DNA of 64,000 nucleotides from an uncultured Acidobacteriota bacterium (GTDB lineage: Bacteria > Acidobacteriota > Thermoanaerobaculia > UBA5066), in assembly GCA_963779415.1 (NCBI GenBank), contig CAVZYA010000002.1, positions 1,376,001 to 1,440,000 on the forward strand, given 5' to 3'. Position 1 is the first letter of the stretch; the number at the start of each line of letters is the position of its first letter. Below the pieces are notes generated by a model that searched no databases, was not told the DNA's origin, and was given only the letters and a program-made list of their open reading frames with translations. Both the position numbers and the translations under genes were made by a program. Below, in pieces: positions 29,983-40,151 of this stretch.

Positions 29983-31841
29983 TCAGAAAAGGCGGGGAAG
30001 AAGCCGGCCGGCCTCTTCGCGGACCTCGGCGATCTTGGCCTCGTATTCCCCGAGCTGCGGTGCGAACCGGAGGAAATCCAGATCCGAAAGGAGCTTCTCG
30101 GCGCCGAGCCGAAGCTCTTCGGAGACACCGTTCGCCTCGAGACTAGCGAGGATGGTGGCCGCGCCGGCTCCTTCCGGGACACCGTAGCGTCGGCCGAGCC
30201 CCTCCCGGAGGGACCGGTCGATCCGGGCGGCGGCTCGTTCCTTCGTCTCGCCCGGCTCGGGGGAAATTGCCGAGGCGACGTCGACCCGTGGCGAGCGCCG
30301 CTTCCGGACGACGAGCCACGTCCCTGTGATCGCGAGAGCGGCGCCGGGGAGGGCGACGAGAAGCCAGAGCGGAACCGCGACGGTCCCCTTCGAGAGGTCG
30401 AGCACCGGAGCGCCCGGCGCGGAGTCTCCTGCGGAATGCGGGACGGCTGCCGCGGGAGGCGTCGGGAGTGTCGTCACCGCCGCTTCCGACGGCGCCGGCG
30501 AGGCGGCGGTCAGCGCGGCGGCAGGCGCCGCCGCCCCCGTGGCGACGAGCCGAAGCGGCGTCGTCGCCTTCGTCACGACCTTCCGCTCGACCGTGTCGTA
30601 CGTCGGGATCTCGACCGGCGGAATCGTGAGTTCCCCCGGCGCGGAAGGAACGATGACGTACTCCCATTCGACCGATCCCGGCCGGCCGGAACGCGGGGGC
30701 TCGGTTCGTGCCGTGGGCGGGTAGACCTTCGCGTTGACGACGGAGAGCTTCGGGGGGTCTGTCGCCGTCCGGAGGCCGCCGGGGCCTGCGAGCCGGATCT
30801 TGAGGGTTGCCGCTTCGCCGGCGGGGACGCTCGTCTTGTCGAGGCGTGCCGTCAGATCGAAGTGACCGACGGGGCCGCTCCACGCCTTCGCCCCCGGAAC
30901 CGGGAGGATCCTGAGGACGAGCGGCTTCGAGGCGATTTCCACGGGCTGCGGCCGGGAGAAGAAGCCGAACGGGTCGCCGCCCGAGTCGCCCGTGGCCCGG
31001 ACGTTCGTCCGGACCTTCATCGGCGGAATCGTGACGGTTCCGGGCGCGAGGCCGGAGACGAGCTTCTTCAGGAGCGTGAAGCGGACGACGGGGCGGCCGT
31101 CCACGATTTCGCGCCGTCCGGTCGGGCGCTCGGGGCGCTCGAGGTCTTCGGCCCACGCGCCGGGGAACTTCGGCGGCTCGATCCATTCCAGCCCCTGGAC
31201 GTCGGCCGTCGTCACGAGATCCACGGTGAGCGTCACCTCCTCGCCCACGACGGCGGTCGTCTTGTCGGCGGTGACGAGGAGGTCGACGAACGGCTTCTCG
31301 CGCGGGCTTTCACCCGTTCCGCCCGGGCCGATGCCGGGGCCGGGGCGCGGGGCTCCCATACCGCGGCCGCCGAAGAACGCGGCGATCGGGTCCTCCGGCT
31401 CCTCCTCCATCGCGGGGCTTCCGGCGCCTCGTCCGCGCGGCGGGCCGACCTCGACGAGAAACGGCGCCGCCTTGACGCTCTTCCCGCCGATCGTCCAGAC
31501 GGTCTCACCCACCTCGGCGGCTCCCTCCCCTTTCGGCCGGAGGTAGTAGGTCAGGCTGAGCGAACGGCTGAAGACGCCGTTCACGAACGACATCTGGTCC
31601 GATCGCGACGGACCGCCGGCGAGCGTCAGGTTCCTGAGGGGGAGAGGCGAGGGGGGCTGGATCTCTCCCGAGAGGCTCCCCGAGATCCTGTACGTGAGCC
31701 GGATCAGCTCGTTCGCGGCGACCTGATTCCTGTCGGCGAAGACCTCGATCCGGACGTCGTCGGCGCGTGCGCCGCGCCGGCGAAGACGCCGGCCGCGAGG
31801 ACAACGAGCACCGAGAATGCCGCGACCCGCACGCGCCTCAC
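29983..31841 (-). CDS. batD: BatD-family protein, frameshifted near 31765
   Basis: Signal peptide, SFVNG, GPVGHF, Ig-like repeats, C-terminal TM; last gene of the moxR-bat operon. Confidence 0.8.
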
Positions 31842-33649
31842 CAGTCCCTCGCGTCGCGCCGCTTCGATCTCTGCATGGCGAGCTTCCGCCGTTGCTCGTC
31901 GAGGTCGGCCTTCTGGATCGCTGCGAGAAGCTGCTCGGCCTGTTCCCGGCTCATCTTCGCCTTCGACTCGAACTCGCGGTCGCGCTTTTCCTGTTCCTTC
32001 TTCTTCTCGTCCCCCGAACTCCCCTGCGGCGAGGGGGTCGGCGTCGGCGATTTTCCGCCCGTCTTCTGGTTCTTCTCGTCGTCCTCCTTCCCCGACGGCT
32101 TCTGCGGCTGCTGCTGTTTCTTCTTCTCCTCTTCGGCCTTGCGGACGCAGAGCTCGTAGTTGTACGAGGCGTCTTCCCGCCCCGGGCTCCGCTTGAGGGT
32201 CTGGCGGAAGGCTCCCGCGGCCTTTTCGTACTCCCCGCTCCGGAGAAGCAACGTCCCTTCGTTGTACGCCGCGTCCGCGGAGACGTCCCGGTTTCCGCCC
32301 TTCTCCGCCGTCTGGAGGGCGGAAAGCGCGTCCTCCGCCTTCCCGGCGCGCGAGAGCGCGGAGCCGAGGTTGTACGGGCCGATCGGATCCTTCGGCGCGA
32401 GCTCCGTCTCGCGGCGGAAATGGGTGGTGGCATCGTCCCACCGCTTCTCCTCGAGCGCCTTCTTGCCGAGCTTGGCTTGCCCGCGAGGCGAGCCGAGGAG
32501 ACGCTCGATTCCGGGGAGCGGTGTCGGCGAGGGAGCGGGCGTGGGTGCCGGAGGCTCCTGGGCCGCGGCCCTGCCGGCGAGCGCCGCCACGGCGAGGAGC
32601 GCGGCGGCGCCCGTCTTCGCGGAACGGCGCGGACGCGGCAACCCGAGAAGGAGGAGCCCGAGCGACGCGACCGCGATGGCGAGCGGAATCTGGAACCGCT
32701 CCTCGAGGTTCGTCGCGAGGGTGGCGGAAAGAGGGCGCCGCGCCGAGAGGTCGATCTGCCGCGCGACCGCGGAGAGATCGGTCCTGCCGGGCGAGACGAC
32801 GGAGAACGTCCCTCCCGTCTTCGCGGCGATCGACCGGAGGAGGCCGGGGTTCGGCTTCGAGATGACCGGCGCGCCGGAGGCGTCGGTCTTGTAGCCGGTC
32901 TGCTGGCCTGATACATCGATCTCCGGGACCGGCGCGCCCTTCCCGTCGCCGCCACCGACGAAGACGGTGTGGACGACGATCCCTTCTTTTTGCGCCTTCT
33001 CGGCCGCGGCGTCGGCTCCTCCTTCGAGATCCTCGCCGTCCGAGATGAGGATGACGTGCCGTCCGCCGGTGGCGCCGGCGCGGAGAAGCTCGGCCGCCGC
33101 CGCGATGCCCGCCGCGAGGGAGGTGCCGGGTCTCGTGCCGATGCCGGGCTCGAGGGCGTCGAGGAAGACGCCGACCGCGGCGCTGTCGAGCGTGAGCGGG
33201 ACGAGCGTCTGCGCCTCTCCCTCCAGGCCGATGAGGGCGACACGGTCCGAAGGGAGGTTCGAGAGGAGGGAGGCGGCCGCCTGACGGGCCACGACGAACC
33301 GGGACGGCGTGACGTCGGTGGCATTCATCGAGGCGGAGGTGTCGAGGACGAAGACGACGTCGGCGCCTCGCCGCTCGACGGACTCCGTTCGCTCGCCCCA
33401 GCGGGGCCGCGCGAGGGCGGCGCCGAGCGCGAGCGCCGAGACGGCGACGAGGATGCGGAGGAAGAGCGTTCTCCTCCTTCCGCCCTCCGTGCCGCGGGCC
33501 GAGAGGACGGGAGCGACGATGGCGCCCTGTCTCCTCGCGGCGGCGCGGGACGCGACGGCGATGAGAAGGACGGCCACGACCGTCGCGGCGAGGCCCGCGG
33601 CGAGGAGGGCCGGCGCGGAGAAGACGGAGAGGAGCGCGGGGAGCTTCAC
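31838..33649 (-). CDS. batB: VWA + TPR protein (BatB/BatC-like)
   Basis: ALARPRWG, LDTSASM MIDAS, ISDGED, TPR YNLG/YNEG, terminal RDW. Confidence 0.85.
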   Translation of the reverse strand: MKLPALLSVFSAPALLAAGLAATVVAVLLIAVASRAAARRQGAIVAPVLSARGTEGGRRRTLFLRILVAVSALALGAALARPRWGERTESVERRGADVVFVLDTSASMNATDVTPSRFVVARQAAASLLSNLPSDRVALIGLEGEAQTLVPLTLDSAAVGVFLDALEPGIGTRPGTSLAAGIAAAAELLRAGATGGRHVILISDGEDLEGGADAAAEKAQKEGIVVHTVFVGGGDGKGAPVPEIDVSGQQTGYKTDASGAPVISKPNPGLLRSIAAKTGGTFSVVSPGRTDLSAVARQIDLSARRPLSATLATNLEERFQIPLAIAVASLGLLLLGLPRPRRSAKTGAAALLAVAALAGRAAAQEPPAPTPAPSPTPLPGIERLLGSPRGQAKLGKKALEEKRWDDATTHFRRETELAPKDPIGPYNLGSALSRAGKAEDALSALQTAEKGGNRDVSADAAYNEGTLLLRSGEYEKAAGAFRQTLKRSPGREDASYNYELCVRKAEEEKKKQQQPQKPSGKEDDEKNQKTGGKSPTPTPSPQGSSGDEKKKEQEKRDREFESKAKMSREQAEQLLAAIQKADLDEQRRKLAMQRSKRRDARDW

Positions 33650-34701
33650 TCGGGCACCACGGGGACGACGAACGCGGCGAGGAGCCCGGCAACGGCGAGG
33701 AGCGCGGCGCCCGGCACGGCGGCCTGGGGAAAGACTTCGCGATAGCGGGTGAAGCGGGCCGTCTTGATCTCGCTCTTCTCGAGCCGGTCGATCTCCGAAA
33801 AGATCTCGACGAGGCTCTTCGCGTCGGTGGCCCGGAAGAACTTCGCGCCGGTCGCCGAGGCGATCCGCTTGAGAAGGGCCTCGTCGACGTCCACGTTCGC
33901 GAGGATCCGGCGCTCGACGACACGTCCCGTCTCGGGGTCGCGGATCGGGACGGGGATCTCGACCGGGCCGGAGACGGTGCCGACCCCGATCGTATAGACG
34001 CGGACGCCGAGCGCCTTCGCGATGCCCGCCGCGGTGTCCGGGTCGATCTCGCCGGCGTTGTTGCCGCCGTCCGTCACGAGGACGATCACCTTGGACTTCG
34101 CCTTCGACGGGCGGAGACGGGCGAGGGCGTTCCCGAGGGCCATCCCGATCGCGGTCCCGTCCCCCTGGTCGCCGAGCGTCAGGGAGGCGAGGCGGTCGAG
34201 GAGCATCGCGCGGTCCGTCGTCAGCGGGACGACCGTGCGGGAGCGTCCCGCGAAGACGAGAAGGCCGAGACGGTCGCTCGTCCGCCCCTCGACGAACTGG
34301 CGGACCGCGCTCTTGGCCACGAAGAAGCGGTTGCGCGGCTTGAAGTCTTCGGCCGCCATCGAGCCCGACGCGTCGAGGGCGATGAAGATGTCGACCCCTT
34401 CCGTCCACGACTCCGTCCGCTCGAGGCCGAGGCGCGGGCGCGCGAAACCGACGACCAGCGCCGACCATCCGAGGAGCGCGAGAACGAACGGGACGTGCCG
34501 GAGTCGGACGCGCCACGTCGGGCGCGTGGCCGCCGCGAACGCGAGCGTCGGAACCGCGAGGGCCCCGTCTCCCCGCCGTTCGCGCCGGATCCGGAGGAAG
34601 ACCGCGAGCGGGACGAGGAGGAGGAGGAGCAGAAGCTCCGGGTCGCGGAGCGTGAGCCCCGGAGGAACGAGGGCGCGGAGAGACGCGAAAGGCCCCGTCA
34701 T
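33646..34701 (-). CDS. batA: VWA domain protein (BatA-like)
   Basis: LDASGSMAAEDF, PLTTD, GTAIG, VTDGGNNAG, VYTIGVG. Confidence 0.9.
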   Translation of the reverse strand: MTGPFASLRALVPPGLTLRDPELLLLLLLVPLAVFLRIRRERRGDGALAVPTLAFAAATRPTWRVRLRHVPFVLALLGWSALVVGFARPRLGLERTESWTEGVDIFIALDASGSMAAEDFKPRNRFFVAKSAVRQFVEGRTSDRLGLLVFAGRSRTVVPLTTDRAMLLDRLASLTLGDQGDGTAIGMALGNALARLRPSKAKSKVIVLVTDGGNNAGEIDPDTAAGIAKALGVRVYTIGVGTVSGPVEIPVPIRDPETGRVVERRILANVDVDEALLKRIASATGAKFFRATDAKSLVEIFSEIDRLEKSEIKTARFTRYREVFPQAAVPGAALLAVAGLLAAFVVPVVPE

Positions 34702-35681
34702 GACGCCTTCTCCGTCCCGGAAGGAGCCGGGGGCGGGGCGAGGCGCGCCTCGACGTGCTCGTGGAGTCTCCGGGCGCGGACGAGGTGATTCCGGGCAGTG
34801 TCGCGCGTCGAGCGCCCCCGCCCGAACTTCACGAAGTCGGCTGCGGAAAGAAGCTCCGAGAAGCCGATCTCCCGCGGCGGGTCCAGCTCCTTCTCGGCGA
34901 GACGCCGGAGGGTCTCGAAGCTCGTCCACTCGAGAACCGGCATCTCGAGCCGCCGCTCGAGGTAGCGCTTCACGGCATGGGTCAACTCGGCGTAGAAGCC
35001 TCGCGGGTCGTCCCCCAGAAGGTCGGCCTCCCGCTCGAGGCGCGAAAGCTCTCCGAGCAGCTCCTCACCCGGCGGAATGGAGGAGAGGGTCTCCTCGGCC
35101 TCGGTCCTCCGGCGCTTCCGGAGAAAGGCCCATGCGAGGGCGGCGGCGAGGAGAAGCGCGAGCGTGGTGACGCCGGCCCAGAAGAGGAGCGACGGGCCGG
35201 GAAGCCGGACGGGCCGGTCTTCCTTCGGCGCGAGCGCGTCGGGCTTGGCGTCCTTCGGGAGGCGCGAGGAGACGTCGAGCGTCACGGACGGCGGTCGCAG
35301 ATCGAGAGGAGGGCCGGGCAGGCCGTCGCTCTTTCTTTCCTCGAACGTGACGTGCGGTCCCGGCACCACGACCTTTCCGGCCATGAACGGAAGGAAACTG
35401 ACGGTCTGCTTCCAGAGAACGGCGCCGTCCTTGTCTCCCTTCGTCTCGACGACGGGCTTCTTCGGCACGTCGAACTCGAGAACGGAGCCTCCGGGAGGGC
35501 GCTGACCTTCGGGGGGCTCGGGCGTGACGAGCGCGTCGAGGGTGAGCGTCGACCCCGCCGGAATCCGTGCCGAGTAGGTGACGGTCACGCGGTCGCCGAC
35601 GGAGACCTCGGTCCGGTCCACCGCGACGTCGAAGACGACCGGCGCGGCGAGGAGGGGGAGAAGGAGGAGAGACCGGGTCAT
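34698..35681 (-). CDS. Hypothetical membrane-anchored protein of the bat operon
   Basis: Signal peptide, Ig-like region, TM, ADFVKFG tail; ATGA overlaps on both sides. Confidence 0.75.
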   Translation of the reverse strand: MTRSLLLLPLLAAPVVFDVAVDRTEVSVGDRVTVTYSARIPAGSTLTLDALVTPEPPEGQRPPGGSVLEFDVPKKPVVETKGDKDGAVLWKQTVSFLPFMAGKVVVPGPHVTFEERKSDGLPGPPLDLRPPSVTLDVSSRLPKDAKPDALAPKEDRPVRLPGPSLLFWAGVTTLALLLAAALAWAFLRKRRRTEAEETLSSIPPGEELLGELSRLEREADLLGDDPRGFYAELTHAVKRYLERRLEMPVLEWTSFETLRRLAEKELDPPREIGFSELLSAADFVKFGRGRSTRDTARNHLVRARRLHEHVEARLAPPPAPSGTEKAS

Positions 35682-36565
35682 CGGCCGGCGGCCTTCCGCC
35701 GCTCCCGCTCCTTGAAGAACCTGACGAGCGCCATCTCGTACGGCGCGTCCGTACGGAGCGGGATGGAGTCGATCCCGGCCGACCGGAAGACGGCGAGAGG
35801 CGCCGGGAAGGGTGAGGAGGTCTGGCGTGCCCATGCGGCGCGGAAACCCGGATCCGCGAGATCGAAAACGCGGACCGCCCCGGTCTCCGCGTCGCGGAGC
35901 CGGACGAGGCCGGATCCGGGCATCTCCGTCTCCCGCGGATCGGTGATCGGGAGGGCCACGACGTCGTGCCGCCTGTTGAGCGTCTTCATCGCTTTCTCGT
36001 AGGCGGGGGAGAGGAAGTCGGAGATCACGAAGACGACGGCGCGTTGCTTGAGAAGCGCCGCGGCGCTCCGTAGGGCGAGGGAGAGGTCGGTCGCTCGCCC
36101 TTTCGGATCGAGGTAGAGCGCGTCCCGCGCGATCGCGAGAGCGTGGTCGACTCCCTTGCGCGGCGGAATGAACCGCTCGAGCCGGTCCGTGAAGAGGAGC
36201 GCGCCGACGCGGTCGTTGTTCTTCACCGCGGCGAAAGCGAGGAGGGCGGCGAGCTCGGCCATCAGGTCGCGCTTCGTCAGGTACTTCGAGCCGAAGGCCT
36301 GGGACGGCGAGACGTCGAGGAGCAGAAGGACGGTCAGGTCCCGCTCCTCGACGTACTTCTTGACGTGGGGGACGCCGGTCCGCGCCGTGACGTTCCAGTC
36401 AATGGCGCGGACGTCGTCGCCCGGGACGTACTCGCGCACCTCGGAGAACTCCATGCCGCGTCCGCGGAAGACGGAGTGGTACTCGCCCCCCAGCCCTTCG
36501 TTCACGAGCCGGTTCGTCCGGATCCGGATCCGGTGGATCTTGCGGGCGACGTCCCGGGGCAACAT
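35678..36565 (-). CDS. DUF58 (VWA-like) protein
   Basis: GRGMEFSEVREYVPGDDVRAIDWNVTAR, ISDFL. Confidence 0.93.
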   Translation of the reverse strand: MLPRDVARKIHRIRIRTNRLVNEGLGGEYHSVFRGRGMEFSEVREYVPGDDVRAIDWNVTARTGVPHVKKYVEERDLTVLLLLDVSPSQAFGSKYLTKRDLMAELAALLAFAAVKNNDRVGALLFTDRLERFIPPRKGVDHALAIARDALYLDPKGRATDLSLALRSAAALLKQRAVVFVISDFLSPAYEKAMKTLNRRHDVVALPITDPRETEMPGSGLVRLRDAETGAVRVFDLADPGFRAAWARQTSSPFPAPLAVFRSAGIDSIPLRTDAPYEMALVRFFKERERRKAAGR

Positions 36566-36579
36566 GGGGGCTCCCGGCC

Positions 36580-37611
36580 TCAGGGAACCTCGACGCGCTC
36601 GAGGATCCGCGAGACGACCTGGTCGCTCGTCACGTTCTCCGCCTCGGCCTCGTAGGAGAGGAGGACCCGGTGGCGAAGGACGTCGAGCGCGACGCTCTTG
36701 ACGTCCTCCGGGACGACGTACCCGCGCCCCTGAAGGAAGGCGTGCGCGCGGGCTGCCGCGAGCAGGGCGAGCGTCGCGCGGGGCGAGGCGCCGTACGCGA
36801 CGAAATCCCCCAGCTCGGCGAGCTTGTAGCTCTTCGGGTCGCGCGTCGCCGAGACCAGCTCGACGAGATAGTTCTTCAGCCGCTCGTCGGCGTAGAGGGA
36901 CCGGACGAGCCCCCGCAGCTCCCGGATCGAGGTGGGGTCGAGGACGGGACGTACGGATGCCGACGCCTCCGCCTCGGTCATCTCTCCCATCCGCTCGAGA
37001 ATCTGCTTCTCCTCGGCCTTCGTCGGGTAGCCGACCTTCAGCTTCATCAGGAAGCGGTCGACCTGCGCCTCGGGGAGGGGATACGTCCCTTCCTGCTCGA
37101 TCGGGTTCTGCGTGGCGAGGACGAGGAACGGGTCCGGAAGCGGCGCCGTCCCGTCGCCGAGCGTCACCTGCCGCTCCTGCATCGCCTCGAGGAGCGCCGA
37201 CTGGACTTTCGCCGGGGCGCGGTTGATCTCGTCGGCCAGGACGATGTGGGCGAAGATCGGCCCGCGCCTCGCGACGAACTCCTGCGTCTTCGGGTTGAAG
37301 ACGAGCGTTCCGACGAGATCCGCCGGGAGGAGGTCCGGGGTGAACTGGATCCGGGCGAACGAGACGTCGAGGCCGCGCGACAGCGTCCGGACGGCCAGCG
37401 TCTTGGCGAGGCCGGGGACCCCTTCGAGCAGGAGATGCCCGTCGGCGAGGAGGCCCACCACGAGCCGCTCGACGAGGAGCGCCTGGCCGACGATGACCTT
37501 ACGGATCTCGGCGAGGAGGGCGTTGACGAGAAGGGACTTCTCCCGGACCTTCTCGGCGAGTGCCGCCGGGTCCGGGGCGCTTCGAACGGGGGAAACGGGT
37601 TCAGTCGTCAT
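36580..37611 (-). CDS. moxR: MoxR-family AAA+ ATPase
   Basis: EGVPGLAKT, RIQFTPDLLPAD, DEINRAPAKVQSALLEAM, ATQNPIEQEGTYPLPEAQ. Confidence 0.95.
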   Translation of the reverse strand: MTTEPVSPVRSAPDPAALAEKVREKSLLVNALLAEIRKVIVGQALLVERLVVGLLADGHLLLEGVPGLAKTLAVRTLSRGLDVSFARIQFTPDLLPADLVGTLVFNPKTQEFVARRGPIFAHIVLADEINRAPAKVQSALLEAMQERQVTLGDGTAPLPDPFLVLATQNPIEQEGTYPLPEAQVDRFLMKLKVGYPTKAEEKQILERMGEMTEAEASASVRPVLDPTSIRELRGLVRSLYADERLKNYLVELVSATRDPKSYKLAELGDFVAYGASPRATLALLAAARAHAFLQGRGYVVPEDVKSVALDVLRHRVLLSYEAEAENVTSDQVVSRILERVEVP

Positions 37612-37721
37612 TCGGATCGCTCGCTGCCGCCGGAGGGACGGCGTCTATTCAGGCACCCCGCGGGGTGCCGGGTCATGGCACCAGCAAGCGCGATGCCGGT
37701 CCTTTTTCGTATCCTCCGCCG

Positions 37722-38078
37722 ATGCGGCGTTTCGGGTGGGTCCTGACCTTTGCCGTCTTCGTTCTCGTCGCCTCGGGGGAGGGGGACGCGGCGAAGAAGA
37801 AGCCCCGGCCGACTCCGACGGCCACGCCGACCCCCGTTCCGCTCCTCAGGGCCGCGGGCTCCTGCCTTTCCTACGTCCCGGGGAAGAGCCTCGTTCTCGC
37901 CGAGGTGGGGAGGACGGGAAAGGCCTTCCGGATCGACTCGACGACCCGGATCGAGACCCGGATCCGGGCGGGGGGGCGCCTTCGGATCCTCTACGCCGAG
38001 GGGCCGGACGGACCGGTCGCCCGAAGCATCCTCCCGGGCCCCATCGTGGCGACGCCGACGCCGGTGCCGGCGAAATGA
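37722..38078 (+). CDS. Small secreted hypothetical protein with PT-rich linkers
   Basis: Signal peptide; PTPTATPTP; TATCCT 6 nt upstream of the ATG. Confidence 0.65.
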   Translation: MRRFGWVLTFAVFVLVASGEGDAAKKKPRPTPTATPTPVPLLRAAGSCLSYVPGKSLVLAEVGRTGKAFRIDSTTRIETRIRAGGRLRILYAEGPDGPVARSILPGPIVATPTPVPAK

Positions 38079-38079
38079 A

Positions 38080-38406
38080 TCAGAAGTGGGGTTCGAACTT
38101 CCGCTCGAGGGCCGCCTGCGGCGACAGGCCGACGACGCGCTCGACGACCTGACCGCCCTTGAAGAGCATCAGAGTCGGGATCGACATGATGCCGTAACGT
38201 TCCGCGACGGACGGGACGTCGTCCACGTTCAGCTTCGCGACGGTGATCTTGTCGCCCCATTTCTTCGCGAGGGCCTCCACGATGGGACCGACCTGACGGC
38301 AGGGACCGCACCAGACGGCCCAGAAGTCGACGAGTACGGGCTTGGTGCTCTTCAGGACCGAGGACTCGAAATTCGTTTCGGAGAGGTCGAGGAGGTTTCC
38401 GGACAT
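38080..38406 (-). CDS. trxA: Thioredoxin
   Basis: VDFWAVWCGPC, SIPTL. Confidence 0.96.
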   Translation of the reverse strand: MSGNLLDLSETNFESSVLKSTKPVLVDFWAVWCGPCRQVGPIVEALAKKWGDKITVAKLNVDDVPSVAERYGIMSIPTLMLFKGGQVVERVVGLSPQAALERKFEPHF

Positions 38407-38465
38407 GGAGGTTCCTTTCTCGTGGGGACGGGAACGCGGCCCCGACGCCGCGGCAGGATGGTAGG

Positions 38466-39317
38466 GTGCCGGCGGTGAGAGCGTCAAGGCGGCCGCGCTG
38501 GGGGCAGAACTTCCTCGCCAACCCGCGCACGTCGCGCCGGATCGTCGACGCGCTCGGCCTTGCCCCGGGGGAGACCGTCGTCGAGATCGGACCGGGACGC
38601 GGCGCGCTGACGGGACCGCTTCTCGATGCCGGGCTCCGCGTCGTCGCCATCGAGATCGACCCGGGCCTCGCCGCATCGCTTCGCTCGGGGGCCGCGGGAC
38701 GCCCTCTCGTGGTCGTGACAGAGGACGCTCTCCGGGCCGACGTCGGCGCGGCGCTCTCGGACACGGGGGCTTCACCGCCGGTCTCACTCGTCGGCAATCT
38801 GCCGTACGAATCCGCAACGCCCATGCTTCGCGCCTTCGCGAGGCGGGCCGATCTTTTTTCACGCCTCGTCGTCATGGTCCAACGCGAGGTGGCCGACCGG
38901 CTCGTCGCGCTTCCGGGGACCGGGGCGTACGGGTACCTCACGCTGGACGTCGGCGCCCACGCGAAGGTCCGTCGCCTCTTCGACGTCCTGCCGGGAGCGT
39001 TCTCGCCCCCTCCGAAGGTGACGTCCTCGGTCGTGGAGCTTCTCCCGCATTCCGCCTCGCCGGGGGCGGAGGAAGCCCTCGCCGTCGCTTCGGCCGCCTT
39101 CATGGGCCGGCGGAAAAGCCTTTTGAATGCCCTCTCGGCGCGCTGGGGGCGCGAGCGGGTCGCCGATGCGCTGGCCGAGGCCGGCATTCCGCCGCTCTCG
39201 AGGGGAGAGGATCTGCCTCTTTCGCGCTTCGTCGAGCTTGCCAGGGCGCTCGGTGCTCCGACGAAAACGCCGCCGCAAGGCCGCTCCCGCCGCAAGGGGC
39301 CTGCTACAATTTCCTGA
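38466..39317 (+). CDS. rsmA: 16S rRNA dimethyladenosine transferase
   Basis: WGQNFL, EIGPGRG, GNLPY, MVQREVA, FSPPPKV; start may be GTG 38475. Confidence 0.95.
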   Translation: MPAVRASRRPRWGQNFLANPRTSRRIVDALGLAPGETVVEIGPGRGALTGPLLDAGLRVVAIEIDPGLAASLRSGAAGRPLVVVTEDALRADVGAALSDTGASPPVSLVGNLPYESATPMLRAFARRADLFSRLVVMVQREVADRLVALPGTGAYGYLTLDVGAHAKVRRLFDVLPGAFSPPPKVTSSVVELLPHSASPGAEEALAVASAAFMGRRKSLLNALSARWGRERVADALAEAGIPPLSRGEDLPLSRFVELARALGAPTKTPPQGRSRRKGPATIS

Positions 39318-40147
39318 TGTCGGTGACCGTGTTTCACGCGGTCCTGCTGGGGGTCCTGCAGGGTCTGACGGAGTTTCTTCCCGTCTCGTCCACGGCTCAT
39401 CTCGCTCTTGCGCAAGGGTTGATTCCGGGCTTCTCCCAGCCGGGGATCCTCTTCGACGTCCTCCTCCACGTCGGGACCCTCGTCGCGGTCGTCGCGTTCT
39501 TCCGGGTCCGGCTCGTCCGGACGGCAACGGGGCTCGCCTCGGCGGACGCCGGCGAGCGTCGGGCCGCGTGGCGGCTCGTCGGGCTGCTCCTTCTCTCGGT
39601 CGCGCTCACGGGAGTCCTCGCGCTTCCCCTCAAGAAGCTCGCGGTCGAGTCGATGACGAACGTCCGGTTGATCGGCTTCTCGCTCTGCGGGACGGCCATC
39701 CTTCTCTCGTTCGCGCAGGTCATCGGGACTCGCCGTGGCGAGGGTGGGCGGACGCTCGCCGAAATCCGGCCGCGCGATGCGGCGATCGTCGGCGTCTGCC
39801 AGGCGGCCTCGGCCGTCTTCCACGGCCTCTCCCGCTCGGGCAACACGATCTCGGTGGGGCTCTTCACCGGCATGTCGCGCGAGGCCGCCGCGGAGTATTC
39901 CTTCCTCCTCTCGATCCCGACGATTCTCGCCGCGGCGGCGGTCGAGAACGTCTCGGCCCTTCGCCACCATCCCGAGGCGCTCGGGGCGTCGGCGTGGCCC
40001 GTCTACCTGGTCGGGATGGCGGTCGCGGCCGTCGTCGGGTACGTCGCCATCGCCGCCCTTCTCCGTCTCGTCGTCGCCATGAGGCTCATCCCGTTCATCG
40101 TCTACACGGGCCTTCTCGGGCTCTTTCTCGTCGCGCGGGGCGTCTGA
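39317..40147 (+). CDS. uppP: Undecaprenyl-diphosphate phosphatase
   Basis: QGLTEFLPVSSTAHL, GLSRSG, YSFLLSIP. Confidence 0.94.
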   Translation: MSVTVFHAVLLGVLQGLTEFLPVSSTAHLALAQGLIPGFSQPGILFDVLLHVGTLVAVVAFFRVRLVRTATGLASADAGERRAAWRLVGLLLLSVALTGVLALPLKKLAVESMTNVRLIGFSLCGTAILLSFAQVIGTRRGEGGRTLAEIRPRDAAIVGVCQAASAVFHGLSRSGNTISVGLFTGMSREAAAEYSFLLSIPTILAAAAVENVSALRHHPEALGASAWPVYLVGMAVAAVVGYVAIAALLRLVVAMRLIPFIVYTGLLGLFLVARGV

Positions 40148-40151
40148 CGTG